From Orbicella franksi (taxonomy: Eukaryota), in contig OZ116707.1 in assembly GCA_964199315.1 (NCBI GenBank), positions 18,662,001 to 18,726,000 on the forward strand: DNA of 64,000 nucleotides, written 5' to 3'. Position 1 is the stretch's first letter. Each line of letters opens with the position of its first letter. This document shows, piece by piece, positions 37,107 through 51,500 of this stretch. The notes below the pieces were generated by a model. The model was not told where the DNA came from. It saw only the letters and a program-made list of their open reading frames with translations, and did no database searches. Both the position numbers and the translations under genes were made by a program.

Positions 37107-38019
37107 CTAAGAGCTTTTTAATGCGTCCAGGACATAGTCCATAATATTCCCAGTTGGGAACCATTGTGTTGCTTGATTCGTTCCCAGTTGCAAGACTTCT
37201 CGGCAGATTCCAGCTTGGGTGATCTAAACAAAACAGAGTGAGCAAAATTAGGAAATTAATGTTAGGTGAACTGGAACTGCTCGTGAGGGACAAGTTTGGT
37301 GTCTATTAATTTCAAGTTACGTTAAGATCGTGGCAAAGTTTACTGAAGGTGATCTTAAACTGAATGAACTGTCCTTGTAATTAAACACGTACGAAACTGC
37401 AAATTGTGGCCATAAACTGTTTTCTAGTCTCTGCTTAGACGGCAGCTTTTATGAATGATATAGTGCCAATGGATGACAGTCTCGTATCAATGAATAAATT
37501 AATTATGGGTTCATTTCAGTTTCTGCAGATGTTTCTTGCGATGTCGATATATGTATATATTATTGAACTAGCTTGAGGTCCGTATTGGAGGAAGATCATT
37601 CGGTGGAGATCCTTTTTCAGTTTTGCGGGTTTATGGAGAAGAATTAGAGGAACTGATGCCATAGTTTTAAAATATAAAATACCAGTTACCTTGACTTTCC
37701 GTCGCACGAGAACAAAAACAAATCCATATCTTTTCACCAGGTTTTGATGAATATTTCCGTTTCCACCATTTAACTCACAAACGCCACCTTGTGTGGCTGA
37801 CGCTTGATAGTTGTAAGACGAACACGAGGAGAGAGATAAACATTTGTGATTACAGGAAAGAATTCCCCGAGTTACCAACGACTTGATTATGTAACCGACC
37901 AAAGCGCGGTTTTGAAATGGAGTTCCAAAAGATTCAGTGGAATCGGAGCAAAAATCTTGCTTACCAATGGAGTTGTACGTAAACAGAAGAAAAAAGAGAA
38001 GACTATTTTTTGAGCCCAT
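37107..38019 (-). CDS. paralogous signal peptide + PAN/apple exon, with a probable short second exon (about 148 aa) or splicing to the 32918 exon
   Basis: Exon 38019-37690 (110 codons, donor AAG|GTAACT) is closely similar to 34915-34598 (identical GGCGTTTGTGAGTTAAATGGTGG segment). Nearest good acceptor is at 37223 and gives ITQAGICREVLQLGTNQATQWFPTGNIMDYVLDALKSS* in phase 0. Confidence 0.75.
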
Positions 38020-38752
38020 CTCCTCAGCTGGAGTATTGAGGAGGAGTGTAGTCGGAGCGTCTCATGTGAAATGACCATTATTTTTGTTCTCACGCGGGCA
38101 ATTGATTTTTTGTTGTTGTTATCTCACATCCTGTTTTAAACTTAGAAATTAGAAATCGAAAATTCTGACAAAATTAACTCTTAAGTTCTTTTAAAAGCTG
38201 GAACGGATGAATAACGAATTGAACATATCAGTTATTTGTTCCGAATGGTAACAATTTCCTGTCGTCATTCTTCGATCTTTGCTCAAACACAGATGTTAAT
38301 TCAGTATAAACTTTTTGTCACTGACTTAATAAACATAAGAATGGCAGTGGTATTGCAAAAATCGAGGTTTTAATCCCGGTGCTATATGAATAACAAAGAA
38401 ACTTAATGGACTGGTCTGTATTAGCAATCAGAAAGTAATAGCACATTAAGTCCATTAACAGTGTGCCATAGTACACCTAGTAGATTAAAAGATCGGCAAA
38501 AGTTATTAACTTAAAAGTAAATAATAAATGATGTAAGCAATTCGCTGTTATTTCTTTTTCTGCGCAGCAATATACGACACAAACTGAAACTAAAATGCTT
38601 AGTTTCGCTGATGCAAGAGGTTTAATAAATTGTAATCTACTTTTACAGATGTTTCAAAACTGCAAATTTCCCTTGCCGGAGGCATTTTCAACGCAGAACG
38701 GCCGCTGAAGAAGAACTGAAAACATACAATAGCCTAACAACGCACACTCCTG

Positions 38753-38780
<28 letters not shown>
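38753..38780 (+). repeat. poly-A tract (28 nt) in the divergent region between the PAN paralog and C1orf131
   Basis: Uninterrupted A run about 100 bp upstream of the putative first exon at 38886. Confidence 0.9.
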
Positions 38781-38783
<3 letters not shown>

Positions 38784-39429
38784 TCGCCTTTTTACAATTT
38801 GCTTACAAACTCCACTCAACCGGTTGGAGAATGGGCACTGATCGTAAAAACTACGCACCAGACTCCCGCAACATTTCTACCCAATATGGCTGCCAACATG
38901 TGTTCTTTTCTAGTTAGGGTTCTGAAGGTAAATATGGCTGCAGAACATATATACGATATAGTACTTGTTTTAACTGCCAGTGGTCTCGATATCTATTCGA
39001 TTCGATGTAATTTCTTTTGGTGTTTTCAATAGCAAGGAAGGAGGTTTGTTGTAGTTCGGTTTGTGAGTGTGAGACCGTCGCAGCCGCTGGCTAGCAAGCT
39101 ACAATGCGGACTAATGCTAGTGTTTTCCACTTGATATTTAGTAGCTAACAAAAGCAAAGATCACAATTTCAGGGGAAAAGCTGAAATGTCAAATTTGATG
39201 GATACTCGTCTAATTCTTTCAAAAGAGATGGGAAAATCAGTCGCATATTCTAACAAAAAAGCTGCCTCCTTCATAACTTTGTGGCAACTCTGGAATGCAA
39301 AACAAAAACATACAAAAACAAACAAACAAAAAAAACATCATGGTCCGTTAGTGAATTCAGGTGCTAAAATGAAGCATATTTGGAGTTCTTTTTGTTGTTG
39401 TTGTACATGTAGGTTCTTTGAGAGAAAAG

Positions 39430-42400
39430 ATGGCCAGTCGTCCTCCACCTAAAGTAATAGAGTTTGTTGAACCAGGCAAACAGAGAAGAGGAAGGAAAGC
39501 TGTATGGCCACCGGTGCGTGCTGACTTCATTATGTGAAAATCAGAATACGTTGTATTAAAACATTTAACAAAATATGTGATTTATAGTAATATTAGTAAG
39601 TATGATAATGATTTAGTTTTGGTTCTTGGCTGCTGGCATGGATTATTGATGGTAATCAACTTCTAGGTTCAGTTTTCTTGGGTAAATATCTTTTTACTTG
39701 GGAGGGATTGCACAACGCAAGGAAACTAGGTTAAGCCCTACTAATCTGTTTAGTTATTGTTTTTGAGAGGCCATTAATTTTCCACTTGAAAATAAATTTA
39801 ATTTGCATTTTTTTTGGTATTGTAACAAGAGATAACACTTTACGTATTGTATTGGCCCAAGACCAAAATGTTCAAATGTTTTTATTTAGTGGTCAATGTG
39901 CTTGGCTGCACCTAGCTAGTTCACAGGCATGCCACTTAAACTGAAAAAGAGAAATATTTCAAATAAACATAATAGGCTTAAAAATCCCAACTGGTGGGAG
40001 GCAGACCAGTCAGCTATTTATACGTATGACTAAGGAGTTGAACAAGGGTCAACTGAGAAACAACTCCAGCTTAGCGGTCAGAGAGTCCAGCACCCTAACC
40101 ACTCAACCACGCTGCCTCTTCCTGTTGTGCATGTTTTAACTACAGTAACATACATTCAACCTGTGAATTTTTACTTTTGAATCATGACCTTAACAAAACT
40201 CTTGATGTTTTTATTAGGTTAAAAGAAAATGGATAAATGAAAAAAACAAATCTTCAAGGTAAATCATGAAACTTCTCTACATTACACAGTTCCTTAAAAA
40301 CATTTGTCTGTGATATGTGTGTGTAAGAAGTCTTAGAATTTAAACTCATTGTATCCTTTTTCTAAACCCAGGCAAGACCTTGATGAGTTTGAATTTCAGT
40401 CCATAGCAAGGGAAGTTAAGGAATTTGGTGAGAAGTCTTTTGCTCTCAACATTTAACTAAGTTAAACATGACTTCTTTTAATTAGTGTTCATTTATAACT
40501 TACTCATTTGAGTGACATGTGGTTTTGTAGCTAACTTCAGCTGATCAGTGTGCAGAAAACGTTTGTAGGGTTGATATCTTAACTTACTGACATTGAATAA
40601 TTTGATATTAAGTTTATAACATTACTTCAAAGCTACAGTATAAATAATCATGATAATTCTTTTGTAATTATATCATTGTTAAGAAGGGGGAAAAATACCA
40701 GTTGCTGAAAATTGTTTGTGACAGGCAGGCAATGTACTGTTCAGTAGTCTTAAAACTACAGTTTGTACAGATGTAAGTAACACTTATAATCATATCATTC
40801 TCTATGGGTATATTACAAACTCCCAGTGTGACCAGCTCCCAGTTGGCTTGATAGCTCAGTTGGTAGAGCACTGCACCGGTATCTTAGAGGTCATGGGTTT
40901 AAATCTCGTTCAAGCCTGAATTTCTTTCAGGCTTCAATTTCGCAACTGCTTGAGTTGAGGTGATCAATCATGTCTTCATAAATTGTTCTTAACAACTTTT
41001 GCTCAGTTCATCAACAACATTGATCCATAAAGTTGTGAGCACTAGCTGATTCACACCCCTGGCTTGAGTATTCCAAAGTGGAAATCACAGTCTGCTCTCA
41101 TATTTGTTGCAGGAATTACTGGACTCAGTAGAAAAGAAAAGAAAAAATATGAAGACTGGAAAGCTCAGTCACTTGGGGGAAAAGTAAGTTTTACATGTAA
41201 TGAATGCCCCAGATTTCTGATATATAACATCGATCAAATATCCGTCCCATAGTTTTCCCATTCAGGGTTGGTGATTGTAGTATATTATTGCACAATGATT
41301 AAAGAGTTGATTCTTCAACTCTCAAAAATGCATTAATTTTGAATTAATCAAGATTATCATAATCATGATAATAACATGATAATGTGAAGTTCCTGAAAAT
41401 ATCCATGCCCACCCCAAGGAGGGTTACTGAAAATTCTAAGGGGAGGAGGGATCTCAAAAGTCAAACTTTTTAACAGAAGTTTGAACCAAATCAGTGGAGA
41501 CATATATGGTGGCCTCATGATTAGTGTGCTCACCTCTGGATCGAGGAATTCAGGTTTGAGCCCTGTCTGGGGACATTGTACTGTGTTCTTGGGCAAGACA
41601 CTTAACTCTCATAATGCCTCTCCCCATCCAGGTGTTAATACATAAATTTAGCCAGGCCTACAAGCAGAGCTCCTGATTACAATAATTTAACCCTCGTAGT
41701 GCAACCTCACCATGTTGTAGGATGTCATCATTTTTTGTTGTAGGGCGCACATCACGGCAGTCCATGCTGCTAGCCATGTTGACCATGAAGGTTTCTATTT
41801 CTATGCATACATGTGGTCTTCCTATAGTTATGATGTTCTGCTTGGCAGCCTTTCAGGCTGCTGGTGCTCCGCTATAAATGGGTACCTGTGAATTTAATGC
41901 TTGGGGGTAACCCTGCAATGAACTAGCAACCCATCAGGGGGGAGTAGAAATGCCCCTAGTTGCTTCATGCTACTGAAACCGGAGATGAGTGCCAGCCTGA
42001 TGGGTCACTTGGCTAGTATGCAGACTTTACCTACCTTTACCATGACCAAAATTTGAATTTCTAGAGGGATGGGTGGGGAGTGAGTTCAAACCCAAATGGG
42101 GGTATCACTGTTAGGGTATTTTCTAGAACAACTTATTATATTCAAAGTTTTCCTTTTTTATATTATGATTATAAATACTTGAATGTAATTAAATTGACTG
42201 CATGCAATAAAAATTGTTAGGCTCCAAAAGGCCAAAAAATGCCCTACCCAATGTTGATGCGTCAAATAAAAAGGAGGAAGGAGAAAGAGAAAGAACAAAG
42301 GGAAAGAGTAAGTGTATTGCATTTCATTACTCTAACCTGATAGAGTGGTGTTAACATGTTGTAAAACCTGCCAGTTGACAACTCAGCCAATCTCAAACCA

Positions 42401-43123
42401 TAGTCAAACCAAAACCAAAATAAATGCCTGATTACTTTTGACACTCAATTGAAAACTGCTCTTACTAGTAGAACAGAGACAGTAAGTTATGCATGTACAT
42501 GTATGCTGCAGTAATAAACAAGAGAAACTAATAATACTGATTAGAACCCTTTAGTCAACTGATGCCAACCAACATTGATGGTGCACATGACATCACAGGC
42601 AAACCAACATTAAATTATAAAGAGCAGGTACTTTGCTATCCCACAATGGCTTAATAATTATGCTTAACATACATTCGACTGAATTGAAAATGTCCAATGT
42701 TAAATTGATTGTCGGTAATTAGTTTATTAATTGAAATTATTAAGAAATAAATCAACCACTTACTGCTAATTAAAATACATTTTGTTATATTTTAAGTGAT
42801 TAAATGAGTTTTTCCTGATATATTATAGGAACATGCTATGGGCATTTTCAAGAAGAAAACAGATAAAAAGCAAAGTGCTTCAACAAGGTTTGTGCTGTTG
42901 CCATGTTTCTACCATTTTGTTCTTCCAGGGTGAATGATGCCTGGCAAGAAAGATTAAATGCAACTACAGTTCACATTTGTCTGTTACTAACAGGGCTTCA
43001 ATAGGTCGGTGGGTGGACAATTCATCAAAGGGCCTTCAAGCTTCTGTTGGAAGGTACAAAGCTGGTGTACAGCGCCTGTCCAAAGCTGATCTGCACAAGA
43101 TTATATCCACCAAGAAAAGATAG
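39430..43123 (+). CDS. C1orf131: C1orf131/Faf1-like (DUF4602) small-subunit ribosome biogenesis factor, about 171 aa
   Basis: Phase-consistent exons 39430-39501, 40218-40258, 40372-40427, 41113-41183, 42221-42307, 42829-42887, 42994-43123. Motifs AREVKEFGITG, SLGGKAPKGQKMPY and VGRYKAGVQRLSKADLHKI match recalled C1orf131 (EVHRFGITG, LGAKPPK, VGKFKNGTLILSPVDIKKI). 5' end uncertain. Confidence 0.8.
40820..40980 (+). mobile_element. tRNA-headed SINE-like repeat (not a functional tRNA)
   Basis: 40845-40916 folds with a 7-bp acceptor stem and a D-arm, but the T-loop is mutated (TTTAAAT), the anticodon stem is broken and it continues into a repeat tail. A reverse tRNA-like piece is at about 16560-16640. 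Confidence 0.7.
41495..42040 (+). mobile_element. SINE copy split by a nested ~240-bp insertion
   Basis: 5' half 41495-41635 ends ...CATCCAGGTG and the 3' half resumes TATAAATGGGTACC at about 41874. The intact copy at 11368-11660 has these halves contiguous. Confidence 0.65.
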
Positions 43124-45577
43124 CAGGATCAAGGTCTTGCAGAGATTAAAGAAACCACATGATTGATAAGGACCATCTAAAAAAGCTACCAATGAGAAGT
43201 TTGGTGAAAATCATTACTAACCCGGCATCCAGAAAGCAGTTAGCTCATGGCAGCATATCGACAACGGAAATTTAAAATGACATTTGGGATGTTTGACGAA
43301 GCACATGCAGCAATCCAAAGCCAAAACTTTGAACAATGTTGGCTTACTTACATGTTACATTATAACTATTTATTTGAGTTTTTTTTTTTAGTTCATAGTG
43401 AACTCTGTATCTGTGAGACCAGTTCATACTCACTTTGGTACAGACATGTTAATGTGAGACAACTGTGATATATGTACTTGGGAATAGTTTGAGTTAGATT
43501 AAAACAACTCAGACCAGCATGAATTGTTTGCATTCATGAGGTGACCACAGCACACAGTAACATGTGTTGTGCATTATTATAAATTATTATATGGCTCTGT
43601 CTCACAAGGACTGGGAACTACCAAATTCATGAATTTGATAGACTAAAATCGATATTGAAAGCAGTCTAGATTTTCCCATCTAGACCGGTCATGTTTTGCA
43701 GAGAAAAAGGTGCAAACTAGAATGCAAAATCATTGACTATTTTCATCTAACAATATTTATTTATTGAAGTGCCAAAAGCCTGAAAAAAAGTAAAGAGGAC
43801 AAGCAAACTTTGGAAGAATTAAGTTCAGCTCATCACTGTTCGCAAGCAAAATGTCAGTTAGTACAAACCAGTTACATTATTAAATGAATGAAATTGTTCT
43901 TGTTTGCGCCATGTAATAAACATCTTATTAAATATCTTGACCTTGGTTGTGTGTACAGACCTCACTACATTCGGTCTGCACTTGTGACCTCTGTCAAGAT
44001 TCTCCCATACAGACCTCCTGCTCAGTTAATAAGAGCTATTTTCATTGAACAGATATGATTGTACCGAAATGGCCATGTGTGCTACATTAATTAGCATTCT
44101 TTTCCTCAAGAGACCCTCATAATACCCATGGGTATTGAGCAGAGTATTTATATGCCCTCCACACTTCAGATCGTTCTGTTATGTGTTCATGCCCCAACAG
44201 GTCTGTTCAGAGTTCCCTTTTTGCCCCACCCACCTCCCCTCAACGACCTCTATCCTGCTGCACTTCTTCGCATGCATGGAAATTATTTTCGCCCATATCT
44301 TAGTATCTTCGCGTGTGCCATAGAGCTGCAGCATAACAATGAAAATTCTACTACTATTCATTGCACAAAATCTCTGGATGATAATTATTTACACAGTGTG
44401 ACCAGTACAATCAGTGCATTGGTTAGTAGCTTTCTGTCTGCTCTGGAGAGCTATAAAATGATTTCATATAATTACGTTTCTAAGAACTGTAATACAAAGT
44501 CAGTTTATCATCCCAGACTTTTCAGACTCATTGGTAGAAAAACTCAGACTGCATATTTGTCAATTTGTTTTATTTGTCTTTTACCTCCAGCAGACAAATA
44601 ATGCACCTCATTACACAAAATGCATTGCTTTTTTATGATCATAATTTATGAACTATTTATTAAATAGTGATTCTTATACATTTTCAAATTACTGTGTGCC
44701 ACTAATATTTTGCTTAGCATACATTTCTAACACTTAGAATACATTTCTAATATCAATAATATCCCACCCAATTGTTGAACTCTAACTACCAGTAACAATA
44801 TACTTCTAACTTGTAATACATCAAACACAAGAAGCAGTATTTCATCCAATTCCCAAACATTACAAATGGTACAAGCATTATTTTTAATAGAAATTTGAGT
44901 TCTCTGGAAATATGCAATGAACCTGCTATCACTATGAATGGTTTTGCAAAGACTTGTTTTGCCTTGGAGACAACAGGCAACTTAAGAAATAGCCTATTGC
45001 CATGAAGACACACCCTGAAGGAAGTAAAGTCTTATTTATAAAGTATTATTTAAATGTCAAGTGTTTCAATCCAGTAATGATCAGTAAAGGACTAATAATT
45101 ATTAAAAATGATTGAAACTATGGTAAAATCCCAGACTTGCCAAGAGTCCGAGATCTTTATTTAAAAATCCAAGACTGCGATTTATAAACAATCTTAGACT
45201 GTGACACAGAAGAAACGCACAAAAATGAGACTTAGTGACTCCTTGCAAATTAAAGGATGATCTGCAAGATTTTGAGCATGGATCAAAAATTTTTGTGATC
45301 CATGGAGAATCATGCTCATTAAAAAAAAACAGCATAATAGACAAGTGCATACAGACTATTGCTCACAGTTGAAAAAAGATGGAAAATACAACATTAACCA
45401 AATCTTACATTAAACTGAAATATGCTACACCTGTTAAGCTGTCAATATAAATTGTTATACAAAATGTTTGATGATGGTGACCACCTAATTATTTTTCCAA
45501 TTAAGAGAATTGAACAGATTCTAAATATTAATTTGACATGAAAATACCCTAACCAGACAATAGTGTGTAATTGAAGA

Positions 45578-48500
45578 TTACACTGAAATTGAACCCTGTC
45601 TAAAGTCAGTTTTTCCAATCAGTGCATTAATCAGAACGGCAGTGCCATCCCTTGCTATGTCTTGAGCTTGAGTTAGCGTCGTGTCAATTTCACTGGTGGA
45701 TGGATCACTGAGCAGTATGCCTTTACCTCCATAACCGTCAGCGACTATGTGATAATCTGTGAACTGTGAGAAGAAGTTACACAAGAAGACTCAAGTACAT
45801 TGCATGGCTATAAACAAACACTCAGCTACACTCAGCTACTCAGCAATTATTGCTGAGTAGCTGAGTGATACATTTTGCTATAAAAGGGGGCCATTACATG
45901 TACTTGTCTGAGTGGTAATTCATGTTTGTTTCCAGGAGGAAACACGAGCATTTACACCTACTATTAGAGACTATGCTGTAGGTAAAAGTAGCATTGTTTC
46001 AGGGAGTGAATAGAATATGGTTCAGCCTGCTTATGAATGTAACATTTTTGTCAAATCAAAAGCCACAGAGTATTAACAGACCCATATGGGACAAAGAGTG
46101 TTGGTAGTAATGATCCATCAAAGGATACGAGATGGAAAGAGCTGGGAAGCCATGCTTCTTTGATTGTTTCCTTGCTTTCTTTCTGACCTTGATGCATGGG
46201 TTTTATAACGATCCCTGCCTTGGCTTGGTGGACTAAGTTGTGTCTTACCTCTAAGTCACATCCTATACTTGAACCAAACATCGGCACCTGCTCCCGAGCA
46301 ATCTGAGACCAGCAGGCATCATTACCCACCAGGGCAATAACTGGAGTCTGAAAAACAAACAACACACCAATATTTAAAATTAGCAAGAGGATGAAATAGA
46401 AATACATACCCAGACAGAAAAATTACAAAAAAATTACTACTGGCTTTGACTAGCACATGTTGACCAGAGGTCTGGGACATTATGTGAGCATCGTTATTTT
46501 AAAAGTTAATTATTTTTCATGACCTGTTTTGTTAGGAGTATTTTTTTAAAATACATTCTCACAACCTGATTTTGCACTACTTTCTGTGAAAACTAATAAC
46601 AAATTTCTGGGCATGAAATCTCTCGACCTTTTCCATTTTCTAGATAAGAAAAAGTTGTTATAATCATCTACTGATTTACCTTATGCCTTGTAAAAGTATC
46701 AAACTCTGCTACACTGTAACCCAAAGAACCATCTCCGTAAATAACCCAGACTTCTGATTCTGGACAACAGAGCTTGGCCCCCAGAGCAAAGCCCCCGCCC
46801 ACCCCAAGGGTACCAAATGCACCTGGATCCAACCATGTCAAGGGACCACGTGGCCTGAAAACAGAACAGGGTTGAGCTAGGTAAGTTGTAATAGAAAACA
46901 TTTAATATGTACAACCATCCTCAGAGATCCAGGAGTAGGCAGTTGGATTATCAGGAAGTCAAGTGTGTCTGATTAAATGGGTGTCCACTATAAGGAAGCA
47001 CAAGGACTCTTTTATTACTAGACAATTCACAACTGTAATATCCTGGCATTGTGAATACTGTCGCCCATTCATTGACATTCAGGCTTTACCTCAAGATGTA
47101 TGCTGCTGTGCCTACAAAGTCTCCTCCATCAGCCACAATGATGCTGTCATTGGACATGACATTTTCCAGGTTGTACAACAGCTTCAGTGGATTCAAATGC
47201 TGCTTGAGAGATTCCTGTGACTTGAGACTGTTCAGAAAAACAGATCAGTAGATACAGTGTAGTCCGAGACTCCTTAGAACAAGGTATGAGGAAGAATTCC
47301 ACTAGGGTAGGCCAGGCATACCATGAAATGGAGAGTAATTATAATGAATCAAATCAATGTACATGAATTCATGTATGTACCTGTTAGCTTTCTCTTTTTC
47401 AATGTCTCTTTCTTTCAGTGCGTCCACCCAATCTCCAGGACAGTTGTATCCTTTGAGACCCTTAGAAAGTGATGTCAAGAAAGAGGCAGGATCACCTGAA
47501 ACCATGGAAACAACAATTTGAGAGAAGACATGACCTAATGAAGAAGTTGTGATCTTTCTGGTCAAGACAGTGACATAACCCTCACACACTGCCTCTCCAC
47601 CCAGGCACCAGTTGCTCGAATGCTGGATGTCTCTATCCACCAGATAAATTGCTTTCAAGTGGATAACTTTTGGCAAAACAAACTACGCTATCAGATGCAT
47701 AGTGATTTATCCAGTGGATAGAGTTGTTCATCCTTTGAACAACCGGGCCTGGTGTATAAATTTGCACCAAGGAAGGGGTTAAGTCTGCACTTGAGTTAAG
47801 TGGCCCATCTGGTGGTGCATATATCCATTTAATTTTCCCTAATATAAAGTAACAGGAGTATTTCTACTCTCCATGGGAAGGGATGCTAGTCCATCACAGC
47901 TTTACACCATGCAGTAAATTTGCAGGTGCCCATACCATGCAGTGGACAAGCATGTAATCCACTGAGAGGATGAAATACTGCTAGGTGTAGTTGATAACTG
48001 TTGTTAAACCAGCCCAGGATAAGCTCTGACATCTATCAGGACATTTGACCAAATAACGCAGACTTTCTTGCAATAAAATGAAGTGGTTCATCTGATATTC
48101 TATTTCACGGCATATGTTGCACTAGATGTTTTGACAGACTACCTGAATGTCTGTGCAATAAGTGACATGGAATTAAATGTAAAATCCAGCTTTGTTCACA
48201 AAGAAATTTAATTTGACAGAATTTATCTTGATTGCTATTTAATTCATGAACACTTCTCACCTTGAATAGCAACTGTGGGCTTCCAAAACATATCTGAATT
48301 CTGGAAGTCAGATTGCCAAAAGTGTTAGCATGAAAAACAAATTTATATGTAACATTCAAAAATATTTTTAATTAGTACTGATACCTAAAACAAAATGTGT
48401 CACAAATACCACAGTGTTATAAATAATTTACCTTGAAAAGTTGGCTTTTGTTCCTATTCACTGCAATGATCTTGGATTTTCTGTTCAGTACTCTACCATA

Positions 48501-51500
48501 AGATAACCTAAAGTCACAAACAGTACCTATAGTCCAACAAAACAGAAGTGTGATTACCAACAGCTGACAAGTACTGGTATGGTACTTAACATGGACCTCA
48601 CAAAAAGATCATAGAGCCCACTTAACATTGTTTAACTTCCAACTAAACAAAGTCATGAATTATAGTAGATTTGTGTCATGGTCAAGCTTTCACATTTGAT
48701 TGAATTATAATTCAACGTTTAATTTGATTTCAATAACCTGCTTGGGTTTATTAACATTGTGTCAACAAGATACACTTGCACTCATTACAGCTACACTTTT
48801 TCCATAATATATGGTTTTAGAAGTTAATTTAACCTTTTCCCATCAAAGTTTTTATCTGTGTACTTTTCTGAACCGGCACCAAACTAAAGAATTAGCATGA
48901 AAACAAAATCACACACAATTTTCTTATTGCCAGTATTTTTTTTGCTATTATTTCTAACCATACCTGCTAAAATAACAAGATCTGCCTCTTTTAAGGCATC
49001 TCTTCTCCGTTGCCGTATATGAAGATTACTATTTCTTCCCAGCAGACCACGAGCCATGCCTCCCAGGAAACAAGGGACACCTAGTGCCTGATAGCAAATA
49101 TAAATATTAAATTATCACATGGCTAGCTCTAAGAGTAGACAAGAAATAACCAAATCCTGTGCTGTGATTGGCTACCCAAGTGAACAAGAAAGGTTTGATT
49201 GTGGACAATGTTTATTCTCTGATGCAGGATTTGGATGGAACAGGGATTATTTCTTCAACAGATTTCAGGGTAAGTGGCATGCAATTAAAAGGAAAACCAA
49301 AAACGACAAAGGCAGTGTTGTTTTACCTCTAAAGCTTGCCTGAGTTGATCAGCTGGAACTGGAGGCAATGTAGACTGACTTCCTAATATAATTACTGGCC
49401 GAGTGGACTTGGACACTAGTTTCACACATTCATCAACTGAAAGGGACATCATGCAGTTTATTGAATACAGAGAAAAATTCTGTTTCATTCATTACATGTA
49501 CAGAGTGTAAATGCCAATTTAAAAAAAATATTAACAAAGCATAGGATTTAAAGAGTATGCAAAGTCCTGATCAATGCCTCTCTAATAATCATTTATTATA
49601 TAAGCCATTTTAAAGGTTTAAATTAGGCCACAATCAATCTACTTCAACTGAGTTTCTTACAAAAAGGTTGTCACATAATTATATGACTATCTATTTTACT
49701 AGACTTGGAGCAGGGTTGAAGTTTATAAATCTTGCTCTCAGTGAACACAAAGTTCTACTAATTCTCGAGTCTGAATTCTTGTGAAATTCTCCCAGGAATG
49801 TCTGCCAGTCTAGGATTTCCAAACAAGAATTTTCTTGCCAAGTCTTGGATTTTACCATTCGTCACCCATTCATATACATGTAATATGTGCCGGTATACAA
49901 GCAAGTACTTAATAAAGCATGCTTGAAAGATCAGCCTATAAAAGGAACCTTAGTTGGTCAGTGTTTCATTCACCTGATGAGAGAGGACCACGAGGCCCTT
50001 TTGAAACAGTTCTGTAGTGTAATGTTTTAATTCCTCCTTTTTATTACAATTATTAATTGTAATATGTTATTATGTTTAATTTATACAGCTGGGACAAAAA
50101 TCTGTGACATACCCTGTGATGCAATTGGCAGTGGAATGTTGACTGGTAATGGATCTTTAGTTTGAGGGTCCCAGGCTCCAGCAAACAAGCCATGAAGGTG
50201 GTTAGTAATATACCTTACGAAGAATGCACATGAGCAGTGAGATAATGATTATTGCGGTTTAATTATTCTGCCTAATACATGTTTACAACTACAGTGTACT
50301 GTAGGCAACAATCATGTGCAAACTGTATTGAAATTGAATCTTAAACCATTCAAATGTCTGTTTTGACCTGCCCAACAAAGTGTGCCCTGCATGAAACTGT
50401 GACAGCACAGGCAAAAATATAAAAGATTACCTTAGAATTAAACTAGTGGTTGGAATTAAAGACCAATGGTTACTTACCAATTTACTAAGCGTTGAGACAA
50501 TCCACGAGGATCATCCTGGAAATAACAATCGAAACCATTTAAAATTAACTATTAAATCAAAAAATGCTATCCAAGCCATACACTGTATGTGAGTGACAGT
50601 ACCCTTTGGATAATTGTTCTGCTTAGTTTAGTATAGTTTATTTTTTAAACTAGATGAGATAGGACACAAGACTTTACATGTAATTCTAAAACATACTTGT
50701 AGTATAATAATATATTTTCTTGTACATTTAATAAAAGCTGGCTATATATTAACTGGTTGTCACAGGCAGTGGCTTTATTTTTAGAAGAAAGTTTCCCATG
50801 AATGTATAATATAATGGTAACTTTGATTTGTTTACAAATTACTAATTGAAAGGTCTAGACTAACACTACAGTTGGAGACTTTTTTCAGTCATCTTGTTTT
50901 TAATTTACCTCAAATTTCACCAAATTTAGCATGTGGCCTTAATCTGTTCAGTAATAAATAAATAACACTGCCTGGATTTTCACAGTTTAGTCTTCACCCT
51001 AAAAAATTATGCAAGCATTTGATCAGAAAATATAATGCACAAATGTATTGTTTTAATGGATCTGAAGTCAAATGTGGCAACTAATTAGGCCAAGGACTGA
51101 CAGTATAGTAAAAGCCAATTTTATCCAGTGTCAGACTTACACACCTTAACCCCAGACTCTTTTTTCACCAGAGGATAAGGATAAAGTGTATCAATAGGGA
51201 ACTCTACAAACACAGGACCTGAAATCAAAAGAAAATTACAACATTTACTATAGACTAAGTAAAAACAAATTAAAAATAGCATTAATAGCATAAAATCAAG
51301 ATCATGGATGGGATTATGCCAATTTTTATTTTATTAGTTAAAAAAACAGACATGACTCCCTCCAAGCCTCCCAAAATATGTTACATTACAAGTTATACTC
51401 TGATACCTGAAGATGTTGTAATCTTGTGGATTATAAATAAGGCTGTATAACATAAATTTTAAGTTACAAATCAATTGTAAACTGTAGGCTAATTTTTACC

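Noticed and set aside
40845-40916. tRNA gene
   Set aside because: T-loop lacks TTC, the anticodon arm is mispaired, and the sequence runs into a repeat tail; it is a SINE head.
44128-44601. 157-aa plus-strand ORF
   Set aside because: No recognisable motifs or coding-like composition; it lies between two convergent 3' ends and is probably chance or UTR sequence.
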